Shown in pieces: positions 35,750 through 49,385 of a stretch of DNA of 64,000 nt. The stretch's first letter is position 1. Each line of letters starts with the position of its first letter. The notes below the pieces were generated by a model that was not told the origin of the DNA, made no database searches, and saw only the letters and a program-made list of their open reading frames with translations. The DNA lies in contig MU053594.1 of assembly GCA_013239625.1 (NCBI GenBank), forward strand, positions 2,546,127-2,610,126. Reading direction: 5' to 3'. This DNA is from Lama guanicoe (Eukaryota). Both the position numbers and the translations under genes were made by a program.

Positions 35750-36560
35750 AGCATCAGCAGGTGTTTAAAACATAAACCTGGTCATGGGACCTCATTAGTT
35801 GAAGCCTTCGGTGGCTTCTCATTGACCTGGAATAAGTCTTAATTGTGACCCTGGATTGCGTAGGTCTCCTCTGCCTGGTACTTTCTAACCTCTTCCTGCA
35901 CACCCGCTCCCTGGGCTCCAGTCTGTTCTATGAGTGCCTTGATAAGGCACCACGTTCCTTCTGCCTCGCAACTTTCACTTGCGCTATTCACTTTAGAATA
36001 TTCCTCCCTCCCTCCACCCCTTTATCTTACCAGCATCTACTTATCCTGCAGAATTCAGCTTAAGCATTACCCCCGAGTATAGGTAGAGAGCAGCCATTAT
36101 GGGGGTTTTCTTTCATCCCCCATTATAGTAGCTGCCCTCCCCGCATGACATACTCCTCTGATTCTATACGTATTAGTATTACACTTGAAGAAATAATACG
36201 TATTCTACACAATGTATACCCATGCATGTATCCAACAACAGAAGACTGGCCATGATGCAACCAAGATCAAAATGTAATTTAATTGTGATAATTTCTGAGC
36301 TGTGGGACTGTGAGTGACTTTTGTAATTTTTTCCCCTTCTTTCTCTTCTCTCTCTGTCACATAAAGAGTTTCGTAGAACCATGAAAATGTTCTTTCCCTT
36401 TCCTTCTCCTAATGATAGTTTCTTCCCCACTGGTTTGTAAGGACCATGAAGATATTATTAATATTATTATTATCATAATTATTTTATCATTGTATTTCCC
36501 TGTACCTAGCATAATATACATAGTGGTGCTGAGTAGATGTTTGTGGGGTGCATGAATAAA
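35750..36560 (+). mobile_element. Fragmented L2 3' region
   Basis: 'aagccttcggtggcttctcattg', 'tctacttatcctgcagaattcagcttaagcattac', 'attgtatttccctgtacctagcat'. Confidence 0.6.
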
Positions 36561-36935
36561 AGAAAGAAAGAATAATAATATCTTTACTGATAGAGCACCT
36601 GTTTGTGTACAAGGGGTGACACTTAAGCAGAATACCTTTCTTCTTGATCACTCATCACCTTTGAATGTAAAGGAAAGTGTACACTTGTAGATTTTTTAAA
36701 AAGTGTTATTTGAATTCATTGCAATAGAACAGTATGGCTGTTAACCAGAATTGCAGTTAGTGTGAAATATCTATTAATTTTTTCCCCTCTGCCTCGGGCC
36801 AGTTTTATATCATAATATCAGATTCCTGCCATTCTCCAAACAGCATCAACTGCTTTTCTGGAGCCTCATATTTTTATAGATCCTTACTTTCTGTGCAGAC
36901 AAAAATATTTTCCATCCTTTCCTCAGATTAGAGCA

Positions 36936-37413
36936 AGTATTAGTTTCCTGTTGTTGCTGTAACAAATTACTACAAGTTTAGTGACTTAAAATAACACAAG
37001 TGTATTATTTTACATTTCCCAATGTGAGAAGTCCAAAATGGGTGTCATTGGGCTAAAATCAAGATATCAGTGGTGCTGCACAACTTCTGGAGGGTCAGCA
37101 AGAAAACTGCTCCATGTCTTTTCCAGCTTCTAGAAGCTGCCAGCATTCCTTGGCTCATGGCCATATCATTCCAATCTCAGCCTCTGTTGACTTCTCTCCT
37201 TCTCTGACTCTGACCCTGACCCTCCTGCCTCCCTCTTATGAAGATGTTTGTGATTACACTGACCCACTCAGTTAATCCAGGATAATCTCCTCATCTCAAG
37301 ATCCTTAATCACCTTTGCAAAGCCCCTTTTGCAAAATAAGATAATATAGTCACAGAATTCAGGGATTCAGAAGTAGATATCTTTAGAGGGGAGCCAATAT
37401 TCCACCTACTACA
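36936..37413 (-). mobile_element. MLT1C/D solo LTR
   Basis: 'gtattagtttcct...gctgtaacaaattactacaa' to 'attccacctactaca'. Confidence 0.88.
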
Positions 37414-38379
37414 CTGCATTCTTCAGACAGGAAACAGATCTAAGGTGATTCCTTCATCAAATAGATTCAGACAGACTTATAAACAATCTAGTGGTAAATG
37501 AGAAGACAGACTTGTTCTGGGAAAATGCACCTTGTTTTTGTCCTTGTTCACAGGGAGAGTGGGTGATTACCAAGGTCCTTGACTCCAAGCCAGAGCTTTC
37601 TCACTGCACAATGTTGTCCTAAGACCTAAGAGGGAAGAAACACAGAGGGATGAGTTCACTTGCAAGTACCAGCAGGCATCTCAGTGGGTCTGCATTTCAT
37701 AAGGTGAGATGGACAGCAGACTCTTAGTTACTGGAGTTAGAAGGAAGAGTTAGGAATCTTTCATATCTGGAACCATTGAAATTTTACCCCAAGAATTGCT
37801 CTAAGCTAGTTTTTTTTCTAGCAACCTGATTAGAATCTTACTTGTATTCAATTTTTTTCCATTTGATATGTGGACTTTTAAGGCCTATATTGCTCTGATT
37901 TGGGGGTTGGTTTGTTGCCATCTGTAACAGAGCATCTCTAAGAGGCTGCCCTTGCCGTAATGCGATCTTGGGCCCAACCGGTTAAGACTAACAAAGTAGA
38001 AATGCTTTGGTTATAAGCATGTTGCTTTGCAAATCCCAAAGAGCTATAAGAGGAGGTCTTGTCCAGGCCAGTACAGAAGTACAGCCACATCTCATGGCCC
38101 ATCTAGAACAGTACAATTGTATGAAATACAGGGCAGAGGAGGGGACTGACCAAGTACCCAGTTTGCTTGCATGTCAGTGTACCACCTGACTTGGTTGATT
38201 TTTTAGAACTACCTTTTGATAAATTGCAGTGACTGGCAAGAGTTTAATGTCCATTAGTGTACATAGGATGTTAGGTTGCCTTCAAATCATAGCCTTAATA
38301 GAGGTTCTTTTCACAAGTGGCAAAAAAGAATGAGGGGCCGCTAAAAAGCCTTTTAGCACTCTTTCTTTTTGAAATAATC

Positions 38380-39358
38380 TTTTTTTAAACTTTAGTGAGG
38401 AATATAATGTATATATTTAAAGTGTACAATGTGATGATCTGATATACATATACCTTGTGGAATGACTACCAAGATCAAGATGCCTAACACATCTATCACC
38501 TCACATGGTTGACTCTTTATATTTTGTATGTGGTGAGAATGCTTAAGAGCTACTGTCAGTGACTTTCAAGCATATAATACCATATTATCAACTATAGTCA
38601 TCATGTTGATCCTTGGCTCCACATAACTTATCCTTCTCATAATTGAAACTGTGTACCTTTGACTTAAGTCACCCCAGTTCTTCCTTTCTCAGCCCCTAGC
38701 AACCACCATTCTATTCTTTGTTTCTATGAAATCTTTTTTAGATTCCACATATAAGTCATATATACATTATATGTCTTTTTCTGTCTCCCTTCATTCACTT
38801 AGCATAATGCCTCTAGATTCACCCAGGTTGTTGCAAATGGCAAGATTTCCTTCTCTTTATGGTTGAATAATATTCCGTTGTAAATACGTATCATATTTCC
38901 TTTATATATTCATATGCTAAAGGATATTTAGGTTGTTTCCATACTTTGGCTATTGTGAATAATGCTGCAATAAATATAGGTCTGAAGATATGTCTTTGAG
39001 ATCCTGATTTTAATTCCTTGGGATATATACCCAAGACTGAGATTTCTGATCAAAAACGTAGTTCAATTTTTAATTTTTTGAGGGTACCATATCTGGCCAT
39101 TTTCTGTAATAGCTGTACAATTTACATTCCCACCAAAAATGTATAGAGGTTCCCTTTTCTCCACATCCTTGCCAACATTTGTCATCACTTGTCTCTTTGA
39201 TAACAACCATCATAACAGGGGTGAGGTGATTTCATTGTGGCTTTAATTTGCATTTCCGTAATGATTAGTGATGAGCACTTCATCATGTAATTATTGGCTA
39301 TTTGTATGTATTCTTTGGGGAAAAAATGCATATTTGGGTCCTTTTCTCATTTTAAAAT
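38380..39358 (-). mobile_element. L1MA9/10-like 3' UTR and ORF2 end
   Basis: 'tttaaagtgtacaat...ttagattccacatataagt...ggctattgtgaataatgctgcaat...aatttgcatttcc'. Confidence 0.9.
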
Positions 39359-39879
39359 TTTGAAACTAGAGCTCAAAAGAGGTGTTAGTTGTGTTGGATG
39401 CTTTTAGAATTACTAAATATAGACCATTGAGATACATAAACCCAGTGATGATGTTTTTTTTCAGATGCTTAGAAGGTAAGGTATATTTAGCCATTTGGAG
39501 ACATCAGTAGGCATGTTTACCTTAGAAAGAAGTTTGTTTTTGTTTTTTTTTTGATAAAAGGAAAGTTCATTTATGTTAGCATTCCAATGTTTTTAATATA
39601 CTGGTCTTATAAGAACTCATGCAGTGGCTGTTAAAATCAAACAATATTTAACTTCCCCCTAATTTCATGAAAAAAATGAAACTAATGGGTGGAATAGTAA
39701 ATTTTTTTCACATGTATATCTCTGTGTCTGATATGACTTGTTCAACATCGTATAAGCATGTATCTATTTAATTTTTTTAAAAAAATCCTTATTATGGGTA
39801 AGCGTAGTTTTTTATTCTTTCATGGTATTTCACAAAGAGTATTGTGGCTTTCAGCCCCTTTATTCCTTGAATAGATTTT

Positions 39880-40395
39880 CGAATATAATTGGAGTGTCCT
39901 ATTCTAGGTCTTTCTTTTGATCTATAGGCATAAATATCCAACTACCTAGTGGTCATGGTCCCTTAAATGTCTCTGAGGCCCCTAAAACATGATGATTTTA
40001 ACAGGAAAACTTTCCCTTCAACCTGCCTGCCATCTTGTTTTCCCACTATCTGTCCAGTTTCCCAAGCTTGAGACTGAGAGGCACCCTTGATTCCTCTTCT
40101 CCCTAATATTTAAAGGGTCATCACGTTCTGTCAAATTTATCTCTTCAATGTCTCTGTCATTCACCCTTTTATACTGCTGATTTTATTACCTTGGTTCCAG
40201 TTTCTCCCTTGAGAATGAGATACAAATGCAATTTCCTAAACTCTTCCTGGAGTCTCGCTCCGTCCGTCTTTTCTCCATGCCCCAACCTAGAGGAATCTTT
40301 CCAAAAAAATGTGATCATTATTCCATCCTGCTTGAAAATTATTTTTTGGCCTTAGGATAAAACCTGAACTTCTAGCATGACCTACAATACCATCT
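39880..40395 (+). mobile_element. L2 internal/3' fragment
   Basis: 'atatccaactaccta', 'cacccttgattcctcttctccc', 'ccttaggataaaacctgaacttctagcatg'. Confidence 0.65.
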
Positions 40396-40429
40396 GTGAA
40401 CAGTGAACCCCCTCTGTGAACTTTGCAAT

Positions 40430-40615
40430 TAATGCCACATAGAAATTACCTCATTTAGCCTTTACTATGAAATAGGTGCAATTAGGAGTACCATTCTATA
40501 GAAAATGAAGCTAGAATCTAGAGGATTCAAATAACTTGCCTAAGATGACACAGTAGGTGACTGAGACATGATTTTATTCCAGGTCTGTCAATTTCTTCTT
40601 TCTGTGCTTTTAAAT
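40430..40615 (-). mobile_element. MIR
   Basis: 'ccattctatagaaaatgaagct...aaataacttgcctaagatgacacag'. Confidence 0.7.
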
Positions 40616-40769
40616 ATTACATATTAAAAATTAAGAAAGCAGGTATTTAAGAATGCCTCTGCTTGTGGTCACATATAGTTCTTTAAGAAACTGCTTCATG
40701 CTTACAAAATCTCAAGGTAAAATCCTGAAAATCAAAAAGAATATTGAATTATATTACAAAATAAGAGAG

Positions 40770-43030
40770 ATTATTCCAGATAAACATGGCAGCAGAAACA
40801 CGTGTATTTACCTCCACTTCTCCCCCAAGGCTCACTAGAATGACAATAAAAGGGAGTTTTACCAAGGCATACACTTGCAGGGACATAAAGACATGAATTT
40901 TCACCAGACAATTTGTTTCAGAAAAAATTGGAAGCAGGGATTTGGAGGAACTAGAAACAACCGACTTGAAAAATCTGAATACAAGCTTGTGGTGTAGAGA
41001 GCCAGTAAAAAGCAAACTGACTCATCTGACAGAACTTGAGAGATGCTCAGGGATTTGGGATCACAGGTGCCTGGATTCCAGGAACTGCAGGGCAGGGCTA
41101 AAAACAGACGGATTGGTTGAAAGTCTTTATTTATGTGAGCAGTTAGGATCCCATCTGTTCCTCCTCAGGACAACTGCCCCTCCCTATTCCAGACAGTGGA
41201 ATGAAGTTTACTGTTTAGAGAGGATGAATCACACAGGCTCCAAACTGGAGAGGCTATACACAATTGAGGGTATCACAGAGGTACTTTCCTGAAAACAGGA
41301 TGTTAGTTGGAGATCTGCATACTGGAAGTGAGACCGCCAACATCCAGCCCCATTCAGATTCCCAAATACCAGTAATGAAGTGTGTAGCCAGCTCCCTAAT
41401 CCTAAACTACAGGACTGGAAGATTTTTATTTGGCAAGTATAACTTGCCCAAGAGTGCAGCACGACAGAGACTACTTTTGCGAAGTGTTAAAAAGACAATT
41501 GTGTCCCTAGATCATCCCCCATTGAAGCCCACTAGTCAACAAATTCCACACTGGGGCATTTAATTTCTAATAGGACACCCACAAATCAACAGATACTTGA
41601 GGAAAGACTCAACAATGAACTGAATAAATAGAAAAGAAGTGAGCCTTTTAATATTATCAATATCAGAGAAGAAAATGTATCCATGGAAAAGAATGGATTG
41701 CTTTAAAAAGAAAGATCTTGGATATTAAAATGTGATAGCAGAAATTAAAAATTCACTGGAAAGCCTTGAAAATAAGTTGAGAAAATATTTCAAAATATAT
41801 CTCCGTATAGTGATGAGCAAAGACAAGAAAATTAGAGGATCAGTTGAGGAGTTCCAAAAGATATGCGTAATAGAAATTCCAAAAAGAGAGACCAGACAAA
41901 ATAAAGAAAAATTTTATTAAAGACCTATTCTAAAAATATTTACCAGACTCTAAGAATTAACTTTCAGTGAAAGGGCCAAATGACTGGCCAGTGAAATGGG
42001 TGACTGAAAACAAAAACTAAAACCAAAACAAGGCATGTCATCATAAAAAGTTTAAAACTAGAGATAGAAAGAGAATTCTGAGTCTCCAGAAAGGAGGGAA
42101 ATACGTTACGTACAAATGGTTGGAAATCAAACTAAGGTTAGATTTCTGAAAACAATTGCTAAAGACAATGAAACAGAATTCTATATCCAGCTGAACTAAC
42201 AACCAAGCATAAAGGGAGAAGAAAGACATTTTTGAACCTGAAAGTTCTTAAAAATCTTAAGCCTCAAGCACCTTCTTCAGGAAGCTCCTGAAGAATGTGC
42301 TTCCCTAAAGATAAGACATTGTCCAAGAGAGAAGGCAGGGTGTCCTGGAAACAAGGTTTCTTGCATAGGAACAGAGTGAAGGCAATTCCTAGGATGACCC
42401 AGAAGAAGTCTTAGGACCATTGATGTGTGGTGGACCTTTGGAGTCCAGTTCGGAGCAGGACAGAGGGCTCTGGCAGTGATGTTTGCAAGGATCAACAAAA
42501 AAAGGAAATCTGACAGGTTTCCTGAAGTATTGGAATCCAGCTCCGTCTGAGTGGAGAAATGAATTTAGGACAGTTACATAGCAAATGAAACAATTGGACT
42601 AAATGAGTAATTCCAGGAAGGAAAATGTTACAGAAACCAGAAAATAAAACTGCAATATACTATATGGATCTACACTGCATTATTTTTACATAGCCATAAA
42701 ATGTTAATAAATGTTGATTGAAGTGAAAAGGGTGATATAACTATTTTAGAAGAATAGGAAAAAAAAAGAAGATTATATATTTGTGTTGAGAGGATGATGG
42801 AAGTGGCTATGAGGGTTAAAAATCTCATCTTACCTGATAGGAATCAATAGATATCATTCAAATTTACAAAAATTATCAGAGCAATATAAAGAAGCTATTT
42901 TAAATATGAAAGTAAACACCATAATGACCAGTAAAATATACTGAAAGTAGATGTTGCTGGGGAATTGGAATTGGGAAAGATTATGGGGCAGGTACCTGCT
43001 TTTTGATGCATATTTTAACAGGAATTTAAA
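40770..43030 (+). mobile_element. HAL1 (half-L1) element, near full length, degenerate
   Basis: 5' 'ttccagataaacatggc'; ORF1-like remnant 'MIAEIKNSLESLENKLRK...ICVIEIPKRE'; HAL1-type 'gaagctcctgaagaatgtgcttc...ccaagagagaaggcaggg..tcctggaaacaagg...gtccagttcggagcagg'; no ORF2 follows. Confidence 0.8.
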
Positions 43031-44141
43031 AAGTAAATGAAAGAAGAAAAAGTATTGTATTAAAATCTAACATCTGACACACATCTTGTTAGATAATCCT
43101 TATGGAATTATAAATATCCTGACTTATTAGCCAAACATTTAAATGATGAGGTATCTGAAAAGAATTCCAAAATAGTAAAGCAGAAAAGCTACAAAGTTTC
43201 CTATTCCTGTTTAACAAATTATTTGAACAACCATGTAGTCTATTCAAAAGTATTTCATGGTATCTAAAGATATTCAGAAGGACAGTCAATAAATATTTTT
43301 GAATAAAAAATTGAATATGAACAGTAAATGTTCCAACTTTAAAAAGTAATAAGGCCGTATTTTTTCAACTCTAAAAATTATAGATTATGGCCTGTCTGTA
43401 TCTTAAGTCCAATACTACTTAACACAGGGTCTGACCATCCATATGGGAGATGCTTGCTAAGTGTTTGGATGGAATTGAAATTTCTGAGTGCCCTGGAGAC
43501 CTGAATGAGCCAAGAATTAAGGGAGGAGGTGCTCTTGGTTGATTTGCTACAATTTGATTTCTCGCTTTCCTTTTGGAATGAAAAAGAAATTCACAAATTC
43601 CTAGAGGCTTTTACTAGGAGTGAAATTCCAAGGTTTTATGATCCTTGTCTGTAAAGGAACTGACTGGACTCCATGGCTTAGATTACTGACCTACATCTGG
43701 ATTCTAGATGGATTCACGGTTTTCTTCATAGTCTATAAATCACACATCCAAAATGAAACTTCTTTTAATCTACTCCAGCCCCAGCCACTTGTCAGTATTT
43801 TGTTAGCAAGGGAAGAATGTATCAAATAAAAGACCTTTTAAATTTAGGGATCATTTTTTCCTGTTTCCTTATTCTTATTTTATATTTGAATTAATTTTGT
43901 TTCTCCTGCAATTAAAATCTTTTTCTTGTGTTAATTAGTAATGCTGATAATAACACTTTCTCTTTTCAAGTGGTCTTTTCCCACTTATTTTTAAGGTAAA
44001 TATCTAATCAATACACATTTATTGCTTACTGGGAAATGTGGTAGAAGACACCATTCAAATACTATAACAGCTTATAGAATGTTCACCATACAAGCGGTAT
44101 TGTTTGAAACATTTTACTCATGAAAAGTCACTCAATCCTCT

Positions 44142-45263
44142 TGTATTAACTTCTATTGTTGCTGTAACAAATAACTACAAATCTAGTCCATTAAGACAAT
44201 GCAAATTTATTTTACAGTTCTGTAGTTCAAAATTCCAGTATAACTGCATTGAGATAAAGTCAATGTGTCAGCAGGGATTTTTTTTTTTTTTTTTTTCCGG
44301 AGGCTCTAGGAAAGAATGTTTCCTTTTCTTTTCCGGCTTCAGGAAGCTGCCCACATTCCTTGGCTCATGGCCGCTTCCTTCATCTTTAAAGCCAGCAACA
44401 TCCTTCTGACACTGGTAATGTTATCCCATCTCTCTCTCTGACTCCCTTCTTCTCCCTCCATCTTCCACTTGTAAGGACCCTTGTGATTGTTGCTGAAAAA
44501 CCAGCCTCTGTACCCTGAAAAGCGAATTCAAACTCGGAGGCAGAGTTTTGGGAACAAAGAAGAGAGCCTCTTTATTGCTTTGCCTGGCAAAGGGGAGTCA
44601 CAGCCAGCTTGTTCCTTGGAAACTGTGAATCCATCCTGGGCTTGGGGCTTGGTGATTATGTAGGCAAGCAGGACAGAGCATATCAGTGATAACAAATAAC
44701 AGTCTTTTACAAAAGCTTATCTTGTGTCACGGGAACTTCTGATGGTCCATTAAGTAGGTCGTCGCCCGCAGCCTTGGTGTTATTGGGTCTGATCCCTCCG
44801 GTGTCACCAGGGCTCTTGGAGGATCTGGCTGTTCCTTCGATGTTACCATTCTGTGACCTGCTTTCTGGAGAATGGCTTCTGGGTTTTGGATACAAGTTAT
44901 TTAGGATACGGTGCAAATCATAGGGTTGGGGTTCCTGAGCACATAATCATTCAAGCAGGTTAAACAATGGCAGTAGCAGGGAGTAAAACAGGTTAGTCAG
45001 TTAGAAAGAACTCTGAGAAAACAAGTGAATCCACCACAGTGAGCTCTGCAAGCTGTCTTGGCGTCAGGGAAGCCATTGTGTGACTCCTTCATGATTGTCT
45101 TGGGCCCAACGAGATAACCCTCCATAATCTCCTTATTTTAAGGTCAGCGGATTAGCAACCTTGGTTCCATTTGCAACTTAATCCCCCTTGGCTATGTAAG
45201 GTAACACACAGCTCCCAGAGATTAGAACACAGACATTATGGGCATATGATTCTCCCTACCACA
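44142..45263 (-). mobile_element. MLT1C/D LTR interrupted by an ERV1 LTR
   Basis: tgtattaac...gctgtaacaaataac to attctccctaccaca; flanks cctct/cttct. Confidence 0.88.
44488..45091 (-). mobile_element. ERV1-type solo LTR (604 bp)
   Basis: TG..CA termini; perfect 4-bp TSD tgat at 44484-44487 and 45092-45095; 'tttattgctttgcctggcaaagg' is the reverse of the poly(A) region also seen near 18460-18485. Confidence 0.92.
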
Positions 45264-45589
45264 CTTCTCAACAACACTATAGCACTTATGGTACTACTAT
45301 TATTATATAAGGCCCAGAAAAGCCACATGAATTCCTGGAGGTCACAAAACTGATATTTGAACCCAGGCAATCTGGTTTTGGAGGCTTTGCTCTTGAAAAC
45401 TACATTTGTACCAAGATCACCATCAACATGTTATTGTACTTTTTACTTTAATTTCTTTTTGATGTGCTTTTAAATGTAACTGTTAGATTATAGCCATAAT
45501 TTTGTAGCCTTTTCCCCTCATACTATTTCTGCTTAATATCACTACATGAACTTCCCCCACATTTTTTAAATGTCTGTGTGGCATCCAAT

Positions 45590-45910
45590 TTCAACCTCAG
45601 GGACATTGCACATGCTGTTTCCCCTGAATGCAGTGTTTATCCATATATCCATGTAGCTTACTCCCTCTTCATTGTGCAAATGTTATCTCACCAAGGGGGT
45701 CTTCCTTGACCACTGTTTCTAAAGGTGCATGCTGTAACTTTCAATCTGCACACCCCTCTTTCTTTTCTTCATATCATTTGTCACTAATTGATTATATGTA
45801 ATATATTTATGTTTGTCTCCCTTACTAAAATGTAATCTTCATGAGGGCAGGGACTGTATTTTGCTCATTGATGTGGGCGTTCAATAAGTATTTCTTGAAT
45901 GAATGAATGA
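45590..45910 (+). mobile_element. L2a 3' region
   Basis: 'cctcagggacattgcacatgctgtt...catgagggcagggac...caataagtatttcttgaatgaatgaatgaa'. Confidence 0.85.
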
Positions 45911-47289
45911 ACACTGGAAATTTTAAAATTACAGAATCATTTACAACACCAGCACCCTCACAAGTATCAACTGTCCTCATGTTTTATTCATTCCCCATTT
46001 GCAAATATAATTTTACGTATTTAATTATAGCATAGAGGCAATTATATATGTGTGTGTATATCTAACTAAACTTTAAATCCTATGCATTTTCCATTTTGCT
46101 CCATGGTTTTCATAACTATTAGTTTTAATGCCTGTATGAAAAACATTAAATTGATGTACATAATTAATTAACTGTTATTCTGTTCACTGTCATGTAGGTT
46201 ATACTTTGCTTTTTTATTCACCATGTGTTTAATCTTTCACAGGTAACTTAATCTCTTTGAGCTCATTTCCTTATTAGGAAAAGAATATCTAGATTATTAC
46301 TGTTAAATGTAACACAGGTAAAGTACTCAGATAATACCTGACAAATAATTGTTACTCAGTAAATTATTAGTTTCCTTTATTATGGTTTCATTTCTAATGT
46401 ATTCCTATTACAAAATAATGCTTTATCGAACATTTGTTGTTGAAATTTTTGTATCCTTTACATAGATGCTCAGGAGTGGTCTTACTATGTTGAAATGGTT
46501 CAAAATATTTGCTAACTTAATAAAATGGAATCAATTTAAGGTAAACATTCATATCTTAGTTTTAAGTATGAATTTCCCTTAAGACAGATAAGTGATACTA
46601 TTCTTAATTTTATATTTTATTTAGAGTATAAAGTTTTTATTATTTCAGAAGTGTTTTCTTCTACTCCCAGTTAAATGTTAAGTCTTTAAAGGTATAAAGC
46701 TCTCCTTTATGTCTTAAAACATTCAGGGTTTTATTTAAAACTGGAAAATGATGATCTCACCTCTTTCTGGGCTGAGTGGATTGCTCATTTACTCTAGTTC
46801 TGAATCTCCTTTCTTTGAATTTCTTAGAATTGCTGCCCAAATTATTTCCTTCTACTTAAAAAGAAAAAACTTGAAAAATCTTTCTAACTTAACAGTTGCT
46901 CCTAAAAACAGATTCATCATCAGTTTGTTGCTATAGTTGTCTGCATCTTCCCTGGTCTCAATTTAGTCACAGCATCTGTGCAAAATGATATGAACGTTAT
47001 TTATTACTCTACCATCCAGAGGGAAGGCTCAATGCCTGACATTTATATTCCCTTGAACATAAAAGCCAGATAAAAGGAAAATAGACTCCATGCTTTGGGG
47101 ACTGAACAGATTGCTTACCATGGCTAGGAGAGAATGCCCGCCCCTGCCTCCTCTTCCCGAATTACAAATACATTTTCATGGAGTCTGTCCCCAGGTGACC
47201 AGGTATTTTCCTTTTCAATCACATTTGCTGGGACGCTTTGAACTGGAGGGAAAGAATAAAACCTACTGGGCTGGCAGCTGAATGGTTAG

Positions 47290-47465
47290 GAAGATAGCCT
47301 TGGAGGCCTGTGGATCTGAGTGGGTCGTCAGCATCTCCATGACCTGAGCCAGTCACTTTATCTCTACTCATCAGATTCCTGAGCTGTCCATGGTGAGAAT
47401 AACCACCAGCTCATAGTTTGTGTAAGGAGCCAATGAACGCAGAGCGTATGCAAGACAATGGAGTA
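47290..47465 (+). mobile_element. MIR fragment
   Basis: 'tgacctgagccagtcacttta tctct.ctca.cagattcct'. Confidence 0.55.
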
Positions 47466-47613
47466 ATTTTATATGTTTTACGTAGTAAATTTTATATCCA
47501 GACAAACCATTAAGTGTAAGATGTAATAAAGATATCCTTAAGCATGTATGAACTCAGGTTTACTAAACACAGATCCTATAAATCCAGAAGAAAATATGGA
47601 ATAAAAGGATAAG

Positions 47614-47986
47614 TATTATGGATTGGATGTTTGTGTCACCCCAAAATTCATGTTAAAATCTCACCCCTCCAGTATGGTGGTGTTAGGCGGTGGGGCCTTA
47701 GGGAGGCAATTAGGAGTAGATGTGGTTATGGGCGTGAACCCCTCATGAGTGGTCCTTGTTCATATAACATGTGTCCTTATAACAGTCACAAGAGAGAGTG
47801 CTTCCTTTCACTTTCCTTTATGTGAGGATACAAGGAGAAGGAGATCGTCCGCATCCCAGAAGAGGCTCCTCACCAGAACTTGTCCGTGATCTCTTACTTC
47901 TGGTCTCTGGGGTTGTAAGAAATAAATGTTTGTTCAAATCACTCATCTTTGGTAATTTGCTTTCGCAGCCTGAACTGACTAAGGCA
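47614..47986 (+). mobile_element. MLT1A/MST-like MaLR LTR
   Basis: 'tattatggattggatgtttgtgtcaccccaaaattcat' to 'gcctgaactgactaaggca'. Confidence 0.85.
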
Positions 47987-48129
47987 GTTAGTAACTTAGT
48001 AAAGATCACTGCTATTCCAAAAGGAAGGACTGAAAAAAAAGTATATTCATAATGATCTAAAATAAAGCAATGGTTGGTTAAGAACGTAGTTGGGAGAAAA
48101 GCGTTAAGACCAAAGGGACACGAAATACT

Positions 48130-49240
48130 TCTTTTATTGAAGTGAATATTGACATTAATAATTAAGAAATTGGAAGATAAATATGAATATAACTTTTGGT
48201 CTTAGTAAGTTGGGCATGAGCATCAAGTAATAAAAATACAACATGTAACCTTCAATTGAGAAGAAGAGAATCCAATCTATTTTTTGGAGGGCAGGAAAAG
48301 AGAAAAAAGCATGATAAAAGTATGGTAAATTGAAAAGAAAAAGGTGGTGGAGATACAGTCTAATACAAAAATAATAATAAATGCAAATGAGCTGAGCTAA
48401 TCTTACTGAACCATAGTCAGACATTCAGAGATATGTTTAAAAAGTATGTCCCATAAGTAGACCTTTAGAAGAGGTACATTTAAAGCTGAAAAAGAAAGAT
48501 AATTTTAAAATACATGTATGGAGAAATATAAGCTAGACTAAGTTGTGATAGCAATTTTGATATTAAAAGTAGAATTCAAGGTGAAAACATAGGTTAAAAG
48601 CAAAGTATAAAAGAACAATAGATTAAGAAACTAATTAGAAACATATGTATCTTACAAGATAGGCTAAAACAAAAGCCACAGAAGAATCATGGGGGGATAT
48701 GGATAAAACTATACTTATTAGTAACACATTTAGACATTCTCCTTTCAGAAACTGCTAGTTCAAGCAAAATGTAAATGCATTAATAAACAACTTTGGTGAA
48801 AGAGAAAAGTCATATGAAAATTTGCAAAATACTTAAAAACTGTGCAGATGAAAACACTACATGTTAAATTTGTGGACCCTGCTACAGTAGTACAGAGTGA
48901 AATGTATAGCTCTAAAAACGTTTATCATTTGCAAATATTTTCTGCCAATCTTTAGTTTGTCATTTTGTTTTGCTTATGGTTTCCTTTGCTGTGCAAAAGC
49001 TTGTAAGTTCAATTAGTTTGTTTGTGTTTGCTTTTATTTCTATCACAAAACCACGTAGATGAAAACAAATGAGCTGAAGATTGACAGTTGCAGAAATTGG
49101 AAAAAAATAACAGAGCAAATTGAAACAACCAAAGAGAAAAGATGTGTTAGATACAAGGGAAGAAAATCAATGAATTCGAGAATAACAATAACAATAGTGA
49201 CTGCCAACTAAGAGATGAAACAAAATGAAGAATTCGGAAA
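48130..49240 (+). mobile_element. Old L1ME inter-ORF/ORF2 endonuclease remnant
   Basis: A-rich L1-like text 'aaagtagaattcaagg', 'gatgaaaacactacatgttaaatttgtgga..ctgctacagtagtac.gagtgaaatgtatagc'. Confidence 0.65.
48928..49040 (-). mobile_element. Tailless internal L1 ORF2 fragment (113 bp) inserted into the old L1
   Basis: 'tttgcaaatattttct...ggtttcctttgctgtgcaaaagctt'; flanked by tatca at 48923-48927 and 49041-49045. Confidence 0.8.
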
Positions 49241-49385
49241 AGGAGAAACTAAGATAAAAGGACTGGAAGTGGGCATCAAGTCTACTTAAATATGGAACTA
49301 AGACTAAGTAATTGTGAGAATCCCAAGTGTAGAAGAGAATGCAAATACTATAAACAATCACGTAGTGGAACAATAATGATAGAAC

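Noticed and set aside
41732..41920. Coiled-coil ORF as a domesticated L1TD1-like gene
   Set aside because: Short disrupted HAL1 ORF1 remnant with flanking stops and frameshifts
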